64,000 nt of DNA from NCBI GenBank assembly GCA_021772095.1, contig JADYXR010000001.1, positions 10,786 to 74,785 on the forward strand, written 5' to 3'. The first letter of the stretch is position 1; each line of letters begins with the position of its first letter. A program made the position numbers and the translations under genes. The stretch is from Candidatus Obscuribacter sp. Its GTDB lineage: Bacteria; Cyanobacteriota; Vampirovibrionia; Obscuribacterales; Obscuribacteraceae. Under the pieces are notes generated by a model, which saw only the letters and a list, made by a program, of their open reading frames with translations, was not told the origin of the DNA and searched no databases. Below, one piece after another: positions 1 to 8,738 of the stretch.

Positions 1-299
1 GGATTATCTGCACCATATCGAACTGCCAACTCGAATTGCTCAGCAGCTGGTTCGGTCAACCCAAGATGGTCCAGAACCAGTCCCAGATTAAGATGCGCTT
101 GCGAATTACTTGGTTCTGCTTGGACCAGAGCCTGAAGTTGGTTGAGAGTGTTTTCGGAAACTTTCCCGCTCAGTTCTTTTCTCGATTGCTCGAAGAGCTG
201 CTTCTGGTCAACAGCTTCGGCTTGCGAGGCAGCAGAAAAAACCAGACCAACTGACAGCGCTAATGCAAATAAAGATGTTTTCGCGTTTATTTTCTTCAT
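1..299 (-). CDS. Exported TPR-like protein, N-terminal part only (gene runs off the left edge)
   Basis: ATG at 299-297 (minus strand) opens an uninterrupted frame to position 1. It reads MKKINAKTSLFALALSVGLVFSAASQAEA (signal-peptide-like), then AHLNLGLVLDHLGLTEPAAEQFELAV (TPR-like). It is absent from the ORF track because it has no stop inside the window. Confidence 0.5.
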   Translation of the reverse strand, partial: MKKINAKTSLFALALSVGLVFSAASQAEAVDQKQLFEQSRKELSGKVSENTLNQLQALVQAEPSNSQAHLNLGLVLDHLGLTEPAAEQFELAVRYGADN

Positions 300-558
300 T
301 GAAAATCCTGGATTAGTGCCCCTTACTATTTGACAGAGTTTTTTATGTAGTCAATAATGAATAACAGGCCATAGAGGAAGATTAGACAGGTTTTATGTTA
401 ATCCCCTTGGCAAATGTATGTAAAGTACCGGGTTTTGGGCACATCAGAAAGTGGCGGAACAGTAACGGGACGTTAGTATTTTAACTGCGAGATGGTTTTG
501 AATTCTGACCGCGACTGCGCGATTTGTGAGAAGTAGAAACTGGGGGAGTTTCACATCA

Positions 559-1077
559 ATGATTCGAATGCGAAGAAACAACAAAGGCAACCAATTGTCC
601 GAATTCGGACCCGCGGTAATTATATTGGTCCTTGCCATCGTCGTTCCCATGGTAGTTTTGCTCTACGTCGGCATGGGATTTTGTTGCGGCTGGTATCTTA
701 ACTTCATGTCGGTCCGCGCCGCGGCAGTCGCTCCGAGATCAGGGCTGCAGGCTGCTCTGGACGCACAACAAGCGGCATGGACCGCTTCCGGATTGCCGGC
801 ATTCGCCTGTGCGACCGTCGTCAGAAACAGCGGTCCGGATGGCTCGGTCAACTCGATTCGCTACAGCACAGACGTTGACTTGGACCCAAGCCCCGTAGTG
901 CCTGGTGACCCATCCTCAGGTCCGCGACAACCAGTCGAACTCGATGACTTCGTTCGCGTCGTCACCGAAGTTGAGATCACGCCGATTGTTCAGTTACCAT
1001 TTATGAGCTTGAGTCCGTGGCGTTTCGTATACAATTCGGAACGGCCAATCGAAGAATCCGACGTGGAAGCTAACTAA
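559..1077 (+). CDS. TadE/TadG-like pseudopilin-type protein
   Basis: The N-terminus RRNNKGNQLSEFGPAVIILVLAIVVPMVVLL fits the TadE-like signature: a basic stretch, G-x4-EF, then one hydrophobic helix. This is ORF-track frame 526..1077. I prefer the ATG at 559 over the GTG at 526. Confidence 0.5.
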   Translation: MIRMRRNNKGNQLSEFGPAVIILVLAIVVPMVVLLYVGMGFCCGWYLNFMSVRAAAVAPRSGLQAALDAQQAAWTASGLPAFACATVVRNSGPDGSVNSIRYSTDVDLDPSPVVPGDPSSGPRQPVELDDFVRVVTEVEITPIVQLPFMSLSPWRFVYNSERPIEESDVEAN

Positions 1078-1109
1078 ACTTCTAAAGTCTTACAGTGAAG
1101 CCTTGAGTG

Positions 1110-1595
1110 ATGAAAACGAAAAAGGAACTGCCCATGTACAAGACGAGAAATTCAAAACGAAATATCACTGGCGGGGCGCTTATTGAGACGATTGTCGGTT
1201 TATTCGTCCTCATCCCAGTAGTGTTGTTTATGGTCGATGTAGTGGCGCTGGTGCTAGCTCAAATGGCGCACGACGCCCTCGTCAAAGACTGCGCTCGAGC
1301 CGCCGCTGAAGTACGCGCAGAACGACCAGCGACGCCAAGCTCGCCTGAAATCGTGGACGGCAACAAAGTCGAAGCCAGCATTTTGGGAGTGCTGAGCAGA
1401 TTCAACAATCCTGTACTGGTCGTCAATAGCCACTCGTGGTCAAATCCAGGCGGAGACCTGGGATTAGTAAGAGTCGAAACGCGATCTACTTTCACGTTTC
1501 CTGTAGCCATTCCGTTTGCAGGCAACTCTTCGCAGGTGTTCGTCGCTGAAGCAATCGAACCTGTAGTCGGGCTCTCGGAGCGGATTCGTCGCTAG
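1110..1595 (+). CDS. TadE-like pseudopilin-type protein (second copy)
   Basis: The N-terminus KRNITGGALIETIVGLFVLIPVVLFMVDV has the same architecture (G-x3-E plus a hydrophobic helix). Same strand, about 30 nt after the previous gene. Start is ambiguous (GTG 1107, ATG 1110, ATG 1134). Confidence 0.5.
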   Translation: MKTKKELPMYKTRNSKRNITGGALIETIVGLFVLIPVVLFMVDVVALVLAQMAHDALVKDCARAAAEVRAERPATPSSPEIVDGNKVEASILGVLSRFNNPVLVVNSHSWSNPGGDLGLVRVETRSTFTFPVAIPFAGNSSQVFVAEAIEPVVGLSERIRR

Positions 1596-1833
1596 AGATT
1601 CGTTTGATTTTCATCGCTTGGCACAGGCTATTTGAATAAACTGTTCGATTGCGACTGCAATTGTTTCCATACGAACGTCGGATATTTGAAACGAAAGACA
1701 AACCGCTTACGCGACTGGAATCGTTTGTTTCTGAAATCGGATTCTCCTTCACGGCTTCAACATTTATGCGACGTGACCTAATCTCGGCGATTGCGTTTCT
1801 GAGCCACTTATTCTTTTGGCGTCAATAAGCCAA

Positions 1834-2385
1834 TTATTTTTTCAGCATGTTGTTGTAGATCGGAACCAAGATCATCGGCGGTTTATCGATCTTCGCGTCG
1901 ACAACGTCTTTAAACTCAATTTTTAGCGTTTCGTCTTTCATGCCGACCTTCAAAATTTCTTCCTTGGTCACCTTGCTTGCGTCGTAGATCACGGCGACTC
2001 CATAAGGCTCTTTGATCGCGACTGCCACCTCACCAATGCCTTTAAGTTTGTCGATACGCTTGCGTATGCGACCTAAGCACGCAGCGCAACCGCTGCCTGT
2101 AACGCGGAAATCCAGCCGGTGCAGTTGACTTTGATCGAGTTGCTTGTACCGATCGGCTTTGGTCAGACTGCGCAAGAGCAATACATCGCCAGGCTTAGTC
2201 GGAGCGCCGGGCGTCGCAGTCGTCGTCGTCGTAGTTGTAGTCGTAGTCGCCGTCGCGGTCGTTTCGGAAGCGGCGTAGCTCGAATGAACACTCGCCCCCA
2301 TTACCAGTGAACAAAGCATTGACGCGGCTGCTAACGACCTTAGATTGGTGATTTTTTTCTTTGCCGACTGAATAGACTTACGCAT
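1834..2385 (-). CDS. Exported heavy-metal-associated (HMA)-like domain protein with poly-Thr linker
   Basis: Signal-like N-terminus (LAAASMLCSLVMGASVHSSYA) and a Thr run (TTATATTTTTTTTTTAT). Then RVTGSGCAACLGRIRKRIDKLKGIGEVAVAIKEPYGVAVIYD, a ferredoxin-like HMA pattern with a CxxC loop (GSGCAAC where GMTCxxC is usual). ATG at 2385 preferred over TTG at 2388. Confidence 0.5.
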   Translation of the reverse strand: MRKSIQSAKKKITNLRSLAAASMLCSLVMGASVHSSYAASETTATATTTTTTTTTTATPGAPTKPGDVLLLRSLTKADRYKQLDQSQLHRLDFRVTGSGCAACLGRIRKRIDKLKGIGEVAVAIKEPYGVAVIYDASKVTKEEILKVGMKDETLKIEFKDVVDAKIDKPPMILVPIYNNMLKK

Positions 2386-2618
2386 CAAATCCCACTCCCG
2401 ATGATTCCCACCGATACAAATTTACCCAAAATTCTCGACGATATTATTAGATGCTAGTTCCAACGTTCCTTCTTATAAGGAAACGATTGTAGTTGAGCAG
2501 CAAAACCAATAGCTCTATCGTTTTGTCCTTCAAAATTTTGATTTGCGTATTTACGCAAGCGAAATTACGCGAACCAACATATTTATAGTGTGCCACCAAA
2601 CTTACTATGTATGCATAG

Positions 2619-2772
2619 GGTGCCGACCAGGGGAGCGGCGAAGAAAGGAATTAACAAGACCGAGATCATATTCGAATTCACTAGCGTAGAACTGTTTACG
2701 ATCAATCCTTTCCCGCCGCTCCCTCGAGGTCAATCGAAAGAAGCCAAGCGTTTCGCGTCAGAAACCGGCACC
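2619..2772. other. Nested long-range inverted repeats (candidate structured RNA or palindromic element)
   Basis: Pairings read directly from the sequence:
- GGTGCC 2619-2624 with GGCACC 2767-2772
- GACC 2625-2628 with GGTC 2728-2731
- GGGAGCGGCG 2631-2640 with CGCCGCTCCC 2714-2723
- GAAAGGA 2643-2649 with TCCTTTC 2706-2712
- local hairpin CGAAA 2735-2739 with TTTCG 2751-2755
A separate 12-bp stem-loop follows at 2791-2820. Confidence 0.35.
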
Positions 2773-2938
2773 TAACAGCTCCCCGGCCCACAGCACAACT
2801 GGTTTAGACCAGTTGTGTTGTCCATTTCAGAGATAATTTCGGCCGATATTTTTTTCCTCATGAGGTCTCGAACCGAAGGATGAATTCAATGTTGTATAGT
2901 TACTTTGTCGCGATATTACCAGGGTCCACGGTGTCTGT

Positions 2939-3700
2939 ATGTACAAAGTATTGATCGTAGACGACCTGCCGGCGCTGCGAAAACACGCAGGTGATCTGCT
3001 GCGCCAGCTCGATCCCGAAGTGCAAATTACCGAAGCGGCCAACGGCAAGGAAGCGCTCCAGGTGTGGCAGTCGCTTAATCTCGACATGATAATTATGGAC
3101 ATCGTCATGCCGGATGTGAATGGTATCAAAGCCGCCAAAGAAATCTGGGCGACCGCGTCTGATACCAAAATCCTTTTCTGGTCGCAATTTCACCGCGAGT
3201 CTTTTGTCAGAGAGTTAGGCAAGATCGTTCCGGACGAGGCGATTCATGGCTATGCGCTGAAAAGCGAGAGCGACGACAAACTCAAATATGCGTTGGAATC
3301 GATTCTTCTTCACGACAATCCTTACATCGATCCGATTGTGCGCGGAGTTCAAAAACATATCGAGCGCACCTGGGGTGATATCACAGATAGTGAGTATTTT
3401 ATCCTTCTGGATCTGGCGCTGGGGCTGACGGACCGTGCGATTGCCACTCGGCATCACATCAGTGTTCGCGGAGCACAAAACCGAATTTATTCTTTGTCGG
3501 TCAAGTTAGTCAAAGGCGTTGATGCGCATTTGAAGGAAACGGCCGGATTGGAAGTTTACAACACACGTGTGCGGATTGTGCTCGAAGCATTTCGGCTCGG
3601 CATCATTGCTCCGGAAGATATTCAGGAACTGGATGGTTCGCTGGATCTGTGGTTAGAGAAACAATTCAGTTTCAAAAAAGGTTCGGTTACCGCGAGTTAG
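2939..3700 (+). CDS. Response regulator, NarL/FixJ family (receiver + LuxR-type HTH)
   Basis: Receiver motifs: VLIVDD, then LDMIIMDIVMPDVNG with the phospho-acceptor Asp context. C-terminal HTH: LTDRAIATRHHISVRGAQNRIYSLSVKL. Confidence 0.85.
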   Translation: MYKVLIVDDLPALRKHAGDLLRQLDPEVQITEAANGKEALQVWQSLNLDMIIMDIVMPDVNGIKAAKEIWATASDTKILFWSQFHRESFVRELGKIVPDEAIHGYALKSESDDKLKYALESILLHDNPYIDPIVRGVQKHIERTWGDITDSEYFILLDLALGLTDRAIATRHHISVRGAQNRIYSLSVKLVKGVDAHLKETAGLEVYNTRVRIVLEAFRLGIIAPEDIQELDGSLDLWLEKQFSFKKGSVTAS

Positions 3701-6700
3701 TTAGCGCCGGTGCCGACAACTCTGCGTAGTGACGATTCAACGACTTCGCGATCGATCTGGCGTTCCATAACGATGGTGACCAGATTCTCGGCGTTCCAAG
3801 TTTTCTTTCTTGCTTGATTGAACTTTTGAATATCTTGATGGACAGGCAGTTCGATTTCTTGCCTGCTGTGCAGTTCAACAATTCTCTTGTTATCGATGTA
3901 CGTTTCACGCAACAGGTTGCGGTTTAAATCTGCAATCAACCAACCCAGATCGGCGCTTCCGAACAGTCTTTCGGCGATGCCGTCGAGAGTTTGACCGGCT
4001 TCGATTACCCATTTAGGACGGCGGAGTACTTGAGAGAGGGCACCGTTGTTAGTATCATCTTCTTCAACTTCAGAGGCGACCTCTTGATCTTCGTCGGAAG
4101 CTTCTTCGAACAATGCTTCGGTTCCAAACCGGATTGCACGATTTACTGCAACCGATTCATCTTCTTCGTCTTCGCGTTTCGAGAATCCATCAATTCTATC
4201 CATGAAATCTTGATAATCGTCGAGAATTGATGCGGATAAATCACGAACGTTCCCTTCTTTATGCGCGGCATCACCGCTCGAGGCGGCGGCGTTACCGGAG
4301 ACGGCATCGAGATTGAATCTTCCGAACTGGGTGATCAAAGAGTTCTGACCTTGCATCAGCTTGATGCGATCGGCAGGACCGGACGTGTTGGATAATTTGT
4401 CGCCGCCTTGAACATCGTTCGGCATCATCGACGCGCGTGTCATGCCGGATGCAGCCATGACGAACGCCAAGCCCATTCCACCGGTGTAGCTTGTGGACTT
4501 GAATTGACCGTAATAGTTCATCGGACCAGACTTGCCAAACGAGTTCAGGTAAGTCAGACGACCGAGCAGCCCGACATTGAGCTGTCCGCGAGTGGTGTCG
4601 GTGGTTTGCGATTTCGATGCAATTTCGGCGCTGCGCATTGTGCGAGTCGATAGCTTCGCGGCTTGATCGCCAGTCGCCGAGATCATGATGCGGAAACTTC
4701 CGTCAACTTTACCAAACGATTTTTGAATTTGAAACGGTGACTGTCGCCCGTCGACAAAGATTATGGTCTTGCCTTCGTGACGAGTAATCGACCATGTCCG
4801 ACCTTCTAAACGAGCGCCGGAATTTCTGGCGTCACTGGCACGCAATTTTGCGATACCAGCGATTGATAAAATCAAAGCTAGTTCCAGACCCGTGATGTAG
4901 CGGTTGATTTCACCGCGTGGGGCTCCAATATCGCCTTGCGAAGTGAAACTTCTGCCGTCGCCGATTTGATTGAAGCCGCGCGTACCCGGGATTCGGGCGA
5001 TGTCGCCTGGGCTTCTAACGTCTGTACCGGCGGTCAATGGAGATTGACCGTCACGACCTGGTTGTATGTCACCAACGCGAACACTGCCGGACATTGGAAT
5101 ACGTCCGATACCGGCGGCGGTGCCGGCTACTGAAGCGTCAACTTTGCCCTGGAAATCTTTGGCGGACTGGTCGATGCGTACGACGTTGTTTTTGCTTTGC
5201 GGCTCGAACGACGTTACTTCTCTGGTTCCCGGAAGAACGCCATCGGCGCCTCTTTTGCCGGTGCCGATTTCTGCTCCGGAGGTGAATGCGTTGCGACCGC
5301 TAGTACCTTTGATTGCGTCAGCCAATGCATTTCGTGAATCAATGGCACGGGCATCAGCGTCACCGCGAGCAATGTTTTTGCCGGTGTCGGCAGTACGGGC
5401 ACCGGATTCGGTGCTGAAGTCGCGGACTACTCCTGTGAGTCTTGTTTCAACAGCGCTTCTCACTTCAAATGGATTCTTTCCTGCTGCAGTTTCAAACGAT
5501 CTGGATTCTGCTAGTTGGCGAACGCGTTGAGTTGATTGCTCGAATGCGGAAACCAAATCGGAAGGGGGTTTGATTGAGGATGGACCCGTCGCAATTTTTC
5601 CAGCCGCGGCATCTGATGCTTTGATCGTGGTTGCATCACCGGCTACGGCGCTGCGCGCAATTGCAGTTTCATTACCAGGAGCAGTGGTTGATCCAGGGCG
5701 AACTACACTCGGAGCGTTTGGATTGGTTTTGACTTCAGATGGAGCAACTGCAGGTTTCGTAGTAACACCATCTTTGGTGGCACCCTTAACTGGCGGTAGA
5801 TCTGCTGGTTTTGAACCGACCACACTGGAACCTGGCTTAACACCGGCATCGACTACGCCAGGCTTGACCGTGGCATCTGGTTTTACGGTGGCGTCAGTCG
5901 GTCCTGATTTTATAGTGGTATCGGTGGCGGCTGGTCTAGTTGCAGTATCGGTCGCTGCTGGTTTGGTTGCACTATCTGTCGCGATTGGTTTTGCAGTCGT
6001 ATCCGCTGTGCCGGGGCGATTCTCGGGAGCATTTGCAGGTGCGCGTGTGCCAGCATCTGAAGCAGTTAACGGTGGGCGTCCGCCAGCATCTGAGGCAGCT
6101 GGTGGAGTGCGACTCCCTGCATCAGCTGGATTTGCTGGATTAGCGAGATTTGCTGGATTAGCGAGATTTGCTGGATTGCGATTGCCGATATCGTTTGCTG
6201 CACCTGGGATGCGAGAGCCATCCTGAGCCGGACCGTTAGGCGTGCGTGAAGCCATGTCCGCCGGATTCTTTCCGATACCATTGGGGATACCATTGATATC
6301 GCGCCCTAACTCCATAGCTTTCGCGGCCGCACCATCGCCTTTGACGACGCTGCCATGCGGCAGTCCGGCGCTACTGACTCCGTCTCCAGGCAACGGTCTA
6401 ATCTCGTTACCCTTTACGTTTCCTGGAGCACCTTTTATTTCGGAAGCCAGCCCGGGCTGACCTTTTAAAATGCCGTCAGAACCTGCGTACTTCTGCAGGT
6501 CTCCGAGTTCCATCTTGTTAATCGGTCCCACTGGAGTGGACCGAAGGTCCTTCATTTTTGTGTGTTCGCCGATGGAGTCAAATCCCGATTTTAGATCCGG
6601 TCCCTGATTGCCAAACGATTTCGCATCAGCTTTCATGGCACCATCGAGAACAGAGCTGGCTTTTCCGTCGCCGATCGCCCGTTGGATGTCGTAGGATTTG

Positions 6701-8550
6701 GAACTCGATTCTTGACCCAAAATCTTTTGTTGAACGCGCTCATCGGCTCCAGTCATCGCGCCGAGCTTCATCAACGACTTTTCAGATCCGACTTGAGACA
6801 TACCCGAACCGGTTTCCATCATTTTAATTTGCGATTTCAATGATGCCGATTCAACTGCTCTAGCGTTTCCGACACCGCCGAATATGTCCTGTCCCGTGGT
6901 GCTAAACGCGCTTTTATCAGCGCTCTTAGCAAAACTCTGAATCGAACCGGAGCGATCCATCGAATCAAATTTAGAAAGTTCTGGTCCAGCCTGCTTCCAA
7001 TCTTGAAGCTTCTGCCCACCATCCATCGGCAACGGTTTCACTTCTTGTTTCGGAAGAAAATTCTCGGACGCTTTCAGTTTGGCGAAATAATTCTCTTGAG
7101 CACGACCGGCTGAATCCAGGCTTGACACGCCACTCTTGACGATCTCTGCTTTGTTAATCGCGTTGGGATCTTTGAATGAAGGACTGGAACTTTCTATCGG
7201 TTTTTGAAACACGACGTTGGGTTTGCCGGAACCTTCAAGCGGAGTGACATGATCGGCGAGGCGTTGATTGGTAGCAAAAGAGGTTTTGACTTGTCCGTTT
7301 TCTTCAACAACGCCAGGCTTCTTGATTGCGCTGTTATTCAGGTCGTTCAGACCCGCGAGCTTGGCGACTTTCAGCGCGGCAAGATCGGTTTGCTCGACCG
7401 GTATTTTTGTGCCGGGCGCCGATGCAATTTTTGCAGCGACGATATCCAGCGAGCCACCACTCGTGAACGACTCCGGTCGTCCCGTGTATCCATCACCTTT
7501 TTGAACGTTCGGCTCGGCTTTTAAGGCTGCCTTGCTAGTTGTGATGTTGCCGTTGGCAATAGGCTCGGATTGTGATTTAAACTTGGTATCGAGCGTGGTG
7601 GCAGACGAAATTGCCTTCGACTTGTCCTCGATTGCCGTTTTGAAAACGCCTTCCGAACTGACTTCCGGTCGCAATCCCGAAAGTACTTTAACATCTGCTT
7701 TGGCAGCGGCTAAGTCTTCTTTGCCGGCGCCTGAGTTTTTCGTGATGACGCCGTCTTCTTTGATCGCGACTCCATTTTTAAAAATCGGAGCGTCCAGTCT
7801 TGCGATCATTGGTTTTGACGTCGCTGCATCAAACTTTTCTGCGATTACATTCGCCGTGGAACCTGATGCAATTGCCTTCAGCTTGGTTTCGGCATCCGAG
7901 CCGGGCCAAACTTTAGCTCCGCCAATTGCTTTGTCGCCGACATTGCCCAGTGTATTTGCGACTCCAATGCTTTTAACTTTGTCGGGACCGGCATCAAAGG
8001 ACTCGAGATTTTTGGCGACCATCTTGTTCGAAGCAGCATTCTTGTCCAAGTTGGCCGGATCCAACAATTTGTTGATGATGATTTCCTGGTCTTGCAGGCT
8101 GGCAGAACGCAAAAGCGATTTCCGTTCGACCAGTGGTTGGTTAGATTCAACTGCGCGCGTTCCCTCGCCGGCCGAAGCCAGTGCCGCGGATTGAACGGCT
8201 GCAATTTCGTCGTCCTTCTTCTTCGGCGTTCCATTAAGGAGTTCATCAGTCCATCTCTGAGCGGCATGCTCTTCTTGAACGCGCAGTGTCGAATTGTAGG
8301 TATCAGGCGGAGCGTCACCGGAAGTGAGCGATTTTGTTTCACTGACCACAGGCGGAGTCGCAGTGTCGCCAACTGCAGATTTAGGCGCTGAAAGCACCTG
8401 ATCGGCAGTAATCGTCGTGGGCTCTTCAGGAGCCTGACTCTTGGATTTACGATCGCTTTCGTACTGCGTCATTGAACAGACACATCCCGTGGTCGAAGCA
8501 ATATTGGGTTTTCGGGCTAGGAAGGGTTTTAAAGGTTCTTGACAATCCAA
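3697..8550 (-). CDS. Giant low-complexity protein with C-terminal LysM-like domain
   Basis: Open frame of 1617 codons (TTG at 8550; first ATG at 8472). Mostly S/T/A/G/K/P-rich, with tandem peptide repeats (NPANLA x3; about 9-aa ATD[ST]ATKPA-like units). The C-terminal segment WVIEAGQTLDGIAERLFGSADLGWLIADLN...ELP fits a LysM pattern. There is no obvious N-terminal signal peptide. Confidence 0.65.
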   Translation of the reverse strand: MDCQEPLKPFLARKPNIASTTGCVCSMTQYESDRKSKSQAPEEPTTITADQVLSAPKSAVGDTATPPVVSETKSLTSGDAPPDTYNSTLRVQEEHAAQRWTDELLNGTPKKKDDEIAAVQSAALASAGEGTRAVESNQPLVERKSLLRSASLQDQEIIINKLLDPANLDKNAASNKMVAKNLESFDAGPDKVKSIGVANTLGNVGDKAIGGAKVWPGSDAETKLKAIASGSTANVIAEKFDAATSKPMIARLDAPIFKNGVAIKEDGVITKNSGAGKEDLAAAKADVKVLSGLRPEVSSEGVFKTAIEDKSKAISSATTLDTKFKSQSEPIANGNITTSKAALKAEPNVQKGDGYTGRPESFTSGGSLDIVAAKIASAPGTKIPVEQTDLAALKVAKLAGLNDLNNSAIKKPGVVEENGQVKTSFATNQRLADHVTPLEGSGKPNVVFQKPIESSSPSFKDPNAINKAEIVKSGVSSLDSAGRAQENYFAKLKASENFLPKQEVKPLPMDGGQKLQDWKQAGPELSKFDSMDRSGSIQSFAKSADKSAFSTTGQDIFGGVGNARAVESASLKSQIKMMETGSGMSQVGSEKSLMKLGAMTGADERVQQKILGQESSSKSYDIQRAIGDGKASSVLDGAMKADAKSFGNQGPDLKSGFDSIGEHTKMKDLRSTPVGPINKMELGDLQKYAGSDGILKGQPGLASEIKGAPGNVKGNEIRPLPGDGVSSAGLPHGSVVKGDGAAAKAMELGRDINGIPNGIGKNPADMASRTPNGPAQDGSRIPGAANDIGNRNPANLANPANLANPANPADAGSRTPPAASDAGGRPPLTASDAGTRAPANAPENRPGTADTTAKPIATDSATKPAATDTATRPAATDTTIKSGPTDATVKPDATVKPGVVDAGVKPGSSVVGSKPADLPPVKGATKDGVTTKPAVAPSEVKTNPNAPSVVRPGSTTAPGNETAIARSAVAGDATTIKASDAAAGKIATGPSSIKPPSDLVSAFEQSTQRVRQLAESRSFETAAGKNPFEVRSAVETRLTGVVRDFSTESGARTADTGKNIARGDADARAIDSRNALADAIKGTSGRNAFTSGAEIGTGKRGADGVLPGTREVTSFEPQSKNNVVRIDQSAKDFQGKVDASVAGTAAGIGRIPMSGSVRVGDIQPGRDGQSPLTAGTDVRSPGDIARIPGTRGFNQIGDGRSFTSQGDIGAPRGEINRYITGLELALILSIAGIAKLRASDARNSGARLEGRTWSITRHEGKTIIFVDGRQSPFQIQKSFGKVDGSFRIMISATGDQAAKLSTRTMRSAEIASKSQTTDTTRGQLNVGLLGRLTYLNSFGKSGPMNYYGQFKSTSYTGGMGLAFVMAASGMTRASMMPNDVQGGDKLSNTSGPADRIKLMQGQNSLITQFGRFNLDAVSGNAAASSGDAAHKEGNVRDLSASILDDYQDFMDRIDGFSKREDEEDESVAVNRAIRFGTEALFEEASDEDQEVASEVEEDDTNNGALSQVLRRPKWVIEAGQTLDGIAERLFGSADLGWLIADLNRNLLRETYIDNKRIVELHSRQEIELPVHQDIQKFNQARKKTWNAENLVTIVMERQIDREVVESSLRRVVGTGAN

Positions 8551-8738
8551 TAATAGATTAATCGAAGAGGTTTATAAAGGAGATTTAATGTGGGCGGTCT
8601 CTTCCTTCCTGTGACCTCCTAAGCTTATATACCGTTCGTATGCATTTTGGACACGCGGGGAAGAACTTTCATAACCGGGCAATTCCGATCCGGCTGGATC
8701 TGCCGGACTCAACAATCAGAACCAAGTAGAACGACAAA

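Noticed and set aside
2590-2775. 61-aa ORF in the spacer upstream of the response regulator
   Set aside because: It coincides exactly with the nested inverted repeats. The peptide has no features and the structure explains the sequence better than coding does.
5570-6226. 218-aa plus-strand ORF (and neighbours 5066..5530, 7532..8194) inside the giant minus-strand gene
   Set aside because: These are antisense shadow frames of a repetitive, GC-skewed coding region. Their A/G/V/P-rich composition mirrors the sense repeats, they have no start context, and they lie fully within the 1617-codon ORF.
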